Below are positions 57,965 to 59,256 of a stretch of DNA of 59,256 nt, in pieces. How positions within the stretch are numbered: the first letter of the stretch is position 1; the number at the start of each line of letters is the position of its first letter. The position numbers and the translations under genes are program-made. Under the pieces are notes generated by a model, which saw only the letters and a list, made by a program, of their open reading frames with translations, was not told the DNA's origin and did not search any database. The DNA is from Planctomycetia bacterium (GTDB lineage: Bacteria; Planctomycetota; UBA1135; UBA2386), in the NCBI GenBank assembly GCA_005776475.1, contig SXPB01000094.1, forward strand, positions 1-59,256, read 5' to 3'.

Positions 57965-59256
57965 TCACTTCCTGGGTTGCAGGTGGATCTGGGTGATCGC
58001 GCCCTTGGCGGCCTTCTGGATCTCGGCGTCGGCGTCCTTCGTCCAGTCGATCAGGAAGGGCAGCGCTTCCGGCACGCCGAGGGTGCCGAGCGAGGTGATC
58101 GCGAGCAGGCGCTGTTCCTTTCCGGCACCGGGCTTGCTCTGCAGGAGGAGCTTCTCGACGGCGCTCGAAGGTGATGCGTCGAGGCCCTTGGTGATGCGTT
58201 CCCAGTGGGATTGCTGTTCGTGCACGAAGCGGATTCGGGTCAGGGCTTCGGTGGCGACCTCCTGCACTCTCCCATCTGGGTCGCGCAAGAGTGCCAGCAA
58301 GCCCGGGATGGCTTCGGGAAGCGCGCGGTCGCGGGTGTGCCTGCAGACGTCTTCACGAATGTAGGGATCTGGATCCGTGAGCAGTCGCAGGACCACGTCG
58401 ATGGCGATCGTCTTGTTGCTACGCGTCAGTTCACGGAAGACGTGTTGGCGAACTCGCGGATGCCGATGGGCAAGCAGCTCCTTAAGGTCGATTGCGACGC
58501 CGTTACTGATCAGCCGATCCACTGCCAGGGAGGTCATTTCCTCCTCAGGATCTTGCAGGAGCGCTTTCACGGTCTCGGCAAACGCACGGATGGTCTCCGA
58601 GTGGGCCTTGTTGATCAGGTCGTAGCTTCCGGTCGGTTCGCTGAGTGCCGTGCGAACGAGATCGGCAAGCGGTCCCTTGTTGTCTCGTGAATTGACGAGG
58701 TTCATCACGGTCTCTGTCCACGTGACGTATCCGCTCTGGAACGGAAACCTCATCGGTTGGCAACGAACCAATTCCATCAGCATGCGGTCCGCCACCAGCT
58801 CGCCAGAAACGTCATGCGGCGCCAGCAGCTGCGCATCGGCCTTGCCGACACGTTCGAGCAGGCCAAGCACTTCGGCCTCCGAGTACGGATGCGGGGGCTT
58901 CGGCGTCTTCTGCACGAGCCACGCCAACGGCTTGCCTTCGAATGCGTCCTCGCCGCCGTACGGATGCTTGGAGCGGATCGGATACCGCGAGTAGGCGAAG
59001 GTCAGATCGAGCGCCTGTTCGTCCTTCATCGACAACAGCGCGAGCAGCAATCGCCCGCGTGTGTCCGGAAACATCGACTCCGCGCTCGCCATCGTTCGCA
59101 TCGCGGCGCGCACCGTCTCGTCCTGCGAGCGGCGACTCAGTTCGAGCATCGCAAGGACAGAGGAACGGTCCTTGCCTTGGTCGGTGTCTTTGGTGTGCCG
59201 CCAGTCGTCGAGGATCAACGCAGCTGCGTCAGGATGGCCCGTGCGCACCATGGCGC
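57965..59256 (-). CDS. HEAT-repeat protein, probably 5'-truncated by window edge
   Basis: LLTDPDPYIRE, LLRDPDGRVQEVATEAL and DADAEIQKAAKGAI. Confidence 0.75.
   Translation of the reverse strand, partial: AMVRTGHPDAAALILDDWRHTKDTDQGKDRSSVLAMLELSRRSQDETVRAAMRTMASAESMFPDTRGRLLLALLSMKDEQALDLTFAYSRYPIRSKHPYGGEDAFEGKPLAWLVQKTPKPPHPYSEAEVLGLLERVGKADAQLLAPHDVSGELVADRMLMELVRCQPMRFPFQSGYVTWTETVMNLVNSRDNKGPLADLVRTALSEPTGSYDLINKAHSETIRAFAETVKALLQDPEEEMTSLAVDRLISNGVAIDLKELLAHRHPRVRQHVFRELTRSNKTIAIDVVLRLLTDPDPYIREDVCRHTRDRALPEAIPGLLALLRDPDGRVQEVATEALTRIRFVHEQQSHWERITKGLDASPSSAVEKLLLQSKPGAGKEQRLLAITSLGTLGVPEALPFLIDWTKDADAEIQKAAKGAITQIHLQPRK

Overview
A GC-rich (about 65-70% by eye), gene-dense bacterial chromosome segment, most consistent with an uncultured Planctomycetota lineage; this is inferred from its ECF/anti-sigma pairs and HEAT, LRR, FG-GAP, RCC1 and Kelch exported proteins. 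Contents in order: the 3' end of an ABC-F ATPase; a ~12 kb T2SS/MSHA-like type IV filament locus (secretin-TPR fusion, PilM/N, PilO, GspF, GspE, six prepilins); a large gluzincin; a heme-c/copper monooxygenase-TPR fusion; several exported repeat proteins; argS; a glycan-tailoring cluster; two paralogous ECF sigma/anti-sigma pairs; a radical SAM enzyme; a split AtuA; pta; two GT-C glycosyltransferases; and a DsbD-like disulfide reductase. Top observations: (1) dsbD has an in-frame TGA exactly at the first Cys of its thioredoxin CxxC (FTGFN-U-INC), followed by a SECIS-like hairpin, so it is a probable selenoprotein; (2) four unrelated exported proteins share one ~110-150 aa C-terminal domain, a candidate sorting/anchoring signal; (3) almost all predicted signal peptides leave Gln at +1; (4) a Kelch-type gene carries a single-base frameshift. 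No rRNA, tRNA, CRISPR array or transposase was recognised. All family calls rest on motif recognition, not database searches.
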